A stretch of 64,000 bases of DNA from Camelus ferus (taxonomy: Eukaryota): assembly GCF_009834535.1 (NCBI RefSeq), contig NC_045696.1:72604001-72668000 (forward strand), written 5' to 3'. This document shows positions 61,238 to 64,000 of this stretch, piece by piece. A model generated the notes under the pieces. That model was not told the origin of the DNA. It was given only the letters and a program-made list of their open reading frames with translations, and did no database searches. Within the stretch, counting starts at the first letter, position 1. Each line of letters begins with the position of its first letter. Made by a program: the position numbers and the translations under genes.

Positions 61238-61450
61238 TCCCACTTACTGAGGACATTTTATGAGCCAGGCATTTTACTGAACACGTTATGTACGTTAAAC
61301 CATTGGATTTTTATGAAGATGCTGCAGGAAGGATCAGATATCTTTGTCTCCATTTTACATTTGAGGAAACTGAAATTTGGTAGGGTTTGGTGACTTGTCC
61401 AAGGTCACTCAGTTAGTTAGAAAAGATCCAAGAAGCAAACTCAGTTCTGT
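61238..61450 (-). mobile_element. MIR SINE
   Basis: CTTACTGAGGACATTTTATGAGCCAGGCATT...CTCCATTTTACATTTGAGGAAACTGAAA...GTGACTTGTCCAAGGTCACTCAGTTAGT. Confidence 0.75.
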
Positions 61451-64000
61451 GAAACCCTGCAGCCTTGAGGCTAAACACAGAGTCTTGCTCTGTGCCTTAC
61501 TGAGTTTAGGCTGGCAGAACACTCTGAGTCTTTTTTCCTGTTGTTCCACTGTCACAGCAAAGCTCCCACCACGAGTGTCTTTCCTCTGGTTCGGAGAACT
61601 TGAAGGAGGCCATGTTGGTTTGGGCTCTTCAGGGTTACTGAATTTCTGTTGGTGAGCCAGGGTGTCCAGTTCTTGGGGCTGTGGATAGCCTAGAGGCTCC
61701 TAAAGTAATCTGGTTTACCCAGAGTCCAAGAGTGACCTAGGGCCAGTAAGGAGGCTCCCAAGGGTCAGTGCTAATTGGGGCAGATGCCCCAGGGGTACAT
61801 AGCCCAGACTGTTCCCAAGGAGTTCAGCTGGAACCAGATTGCCTCAGGAATGTGAGTGAGGCAAACAACTGCTTGATTGTTTGAGCCCTTACCCTTGGTA
61901 CCGGGTGCTGCTTCCCAGCTAAATGTAGGCCAACAGGATTTCTGAAAACTGTTTGCCAAGCTGAACGCAACACTTCCTTCATTTGCATTAAAAAAAAATA
62001 AACTCAGCCTTGAAATGGGTATTAGCCAAGCTCTTCCTGAAAATTGACAGAAAGTGTAATGGGGTAGATCTCAGCTCCCCAAAAGTCCTCTCCCCAATTC
62101 ATATGCAAGCAGAGGTGGGTTTGTTTTGTAAGCCTCTCTTTCTGTTGAGCTCTAGCTCAAGGCTTTGAACAGAGAGCTGCTGCCTTTCTTCTGAGGTGAA
62201 ACTGCCTTCACTAAGGGACGGGAGGTAGTACTAGAACTCTCTGGCATTACTGTTTTAACCCTGCATCTTGAATGTCCTGCATCTTAAGCACGTGTTCATG
62301 ATCACCTCAAACCATAATGTCCATCATTCATAAATGAAGCTGAGGACAACACCCTGGGGCCCCTCTTGCTGCCACACTGAAAAGGCTCAGTATCAATCAG
62401 AAACTTTCTCCTGGCTGGTCCGTCTGCTACTGCCGTCTCATTCCCAAGCCCCCATTCCACATGGTCAAATGAGAGTTTCTTGTGACATTTACTGGTTTTG
62501 AAGAAAGTGGTTGCTTCTCTATCACTAGTCTTCTGTGTCTTTTGCGTTAGATCTGGTCTAAAAAATGATAGTAATACGCAAATAATAAAATATAAATTTG
62601 GCAGATTTAATGCCAACATAATATTCCCACTTCTCCAAAATCAAAACTCACTGTAAAAGTACCAGGACATAGCATTCGGAGTCACACTGATTTTCTCTCA
62701 GGGAAAAATATATCTGCATATAGAATGACTTAATACATATGAGTTAAGTTTTGAAGATAACCTCCATGTCTTTTTTGCTCCTGGACTTAATTCACACGGT
62801 TGTTTCCTTAGGCATCAAAGACGTCACCACTGCCTTGACTGTTCTCTGTGGGCCGATGTGGCTGAAATGGACAATGCATAATCAACACGTGGCCAATATA
62901 TTTATAAATAAAATGATGGGGACAATTTCCGGAAATGTGGTTTTTTTCTCCAAACTTAAGACATTTTCCTTCCTTTTTAAACTTATATTTATCTTTCTGT
63001 AAGAATGGAGTTTTTAGAGGAAGCAGTAGGTAAAGGCGTCTCTTAGATGTTCTTGCCTTAGATGACTAAACAAAATTATTATATTTCACTGATTTGAATG
63101 CAGTTTGGGCTTGTGTTTGTGTGTTTGTTTGGTGATGTTATTTGTAAGAACTATGACTGTTGGAATAATGCTGGGCAGGGTGGGTGGGGGGCCCACTACC
63201 TACCTGGAGTAGTTTGATTTGTTTTCTGTGTCTATAATCAAATAACTTATAAATGATCCGCCGCGTTGCGTGATGTTTACAATTTTGCTGTCAGAATCAC
63301 ATATAAATGCTTTGTGGTTGAATTCACCAAGGTTTCGTTTTAAATCATGTAGGTCTCTGAGCCATTTCCACCAAAACGTGGTAAAATGCAGAAGTTGGCA
63401 ATTCAATTTTATTCAGCCTTTCAAGGAAGAAGGGCCCGATAAGCTTTGCTTGTTCACGTCAGTGATAATACTCATCGGTGAGGCCTAAATCTAATTCTGT
63501 AGGCTTGCTACTGCTTTGTTGTACTGTCATTTCTGAATCTCAATCTTCCCTCTCTCTGCCCCCCTCTCCTGCTCCCTCTCTTTTCTAATCACAGCAAAAA
63601 GTTTCTTAAGGACTTAACTTACAGCCAAGGGCTGGCCTCCCTTTTAATTTGTCCTGCTTCCCCACAGCACTTGTACTTTCTGTTCAGGCAGAGGTGAGGT
63701 CAGTTCTCAGGGCCCGGCTCTCCGGACACCCTCACTGATGACCTCATTAGAGTCACAGATGTTTGCTGCACTTTGGGAGATCTGGAAAAAACAGAGCAGT
63801 AAACTAGGCCAGCTTGCAGTAGGGCTGTTACCCACAATTCAAGATAAAATGCTGGATAGTTCCCACTAGGGTCTGGTCGGCTAGGAAACGGCAACTTATT
63901 AATCTTGTGTCAGAGAGCCAGCTGCAGCCGTGGCAGTTACCATATTTCACCACCAACTCCATGTCTGGACAGCCATTGTCTTTTTTTTATGAAAAAACTC

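Noticed and set aside
1..64000. Prokaryote-type systems (CRISPR arrays, operons, defence islands) or an identifiable host gene
   Set aside because: The sequence is mammalian and repeat-rich. I found no regularly spaced repeat-spacer array and no peptide assignable to a known host gene.

Overview
This is a 64-kb mammalian window, most likely camelid (alpaca/llama/camel), inferred from a Vic-1-type tRNA-derived SINE. It looks intergenic or intronic. I recognise no host protein-coding gene, and nearly all of the ORF track is chance ORFs or LINE-1 fragments. The background is ancient repeats (MIR, L2, MER3/MER5/MER96B, ERVL/MaLR LTRs, old L1 3' ends) plus microsatellites. The main structure is a pair of young, same-orientation (minus-strand) LINE-1 copies offset by 9187 bp. 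Copy A (13365-15366) is a 5'-truncated 2-kb element with a poly(A) tail. Copy B (23141-30122) has an intact 5' end (YY1 site, CpG-rich 5'UTR, ORF1, ORF2) and a perfect 14-bp TSD, but lacks its last ~580 nt. The two copies are gap-free and near-identical over 1405 bp and share the same ORF2-killing lesions. Copy A stops at the spot where copy B carries a snap-back hairpin plus a 165-bp templated duplication. This points to a common defective source or a linked insertion event. A few strong splice-site pairs hint at unannotated, probably non-coding, exons; these are speculative. Repeat family names come from recall of consensus sequences, not from a database search.
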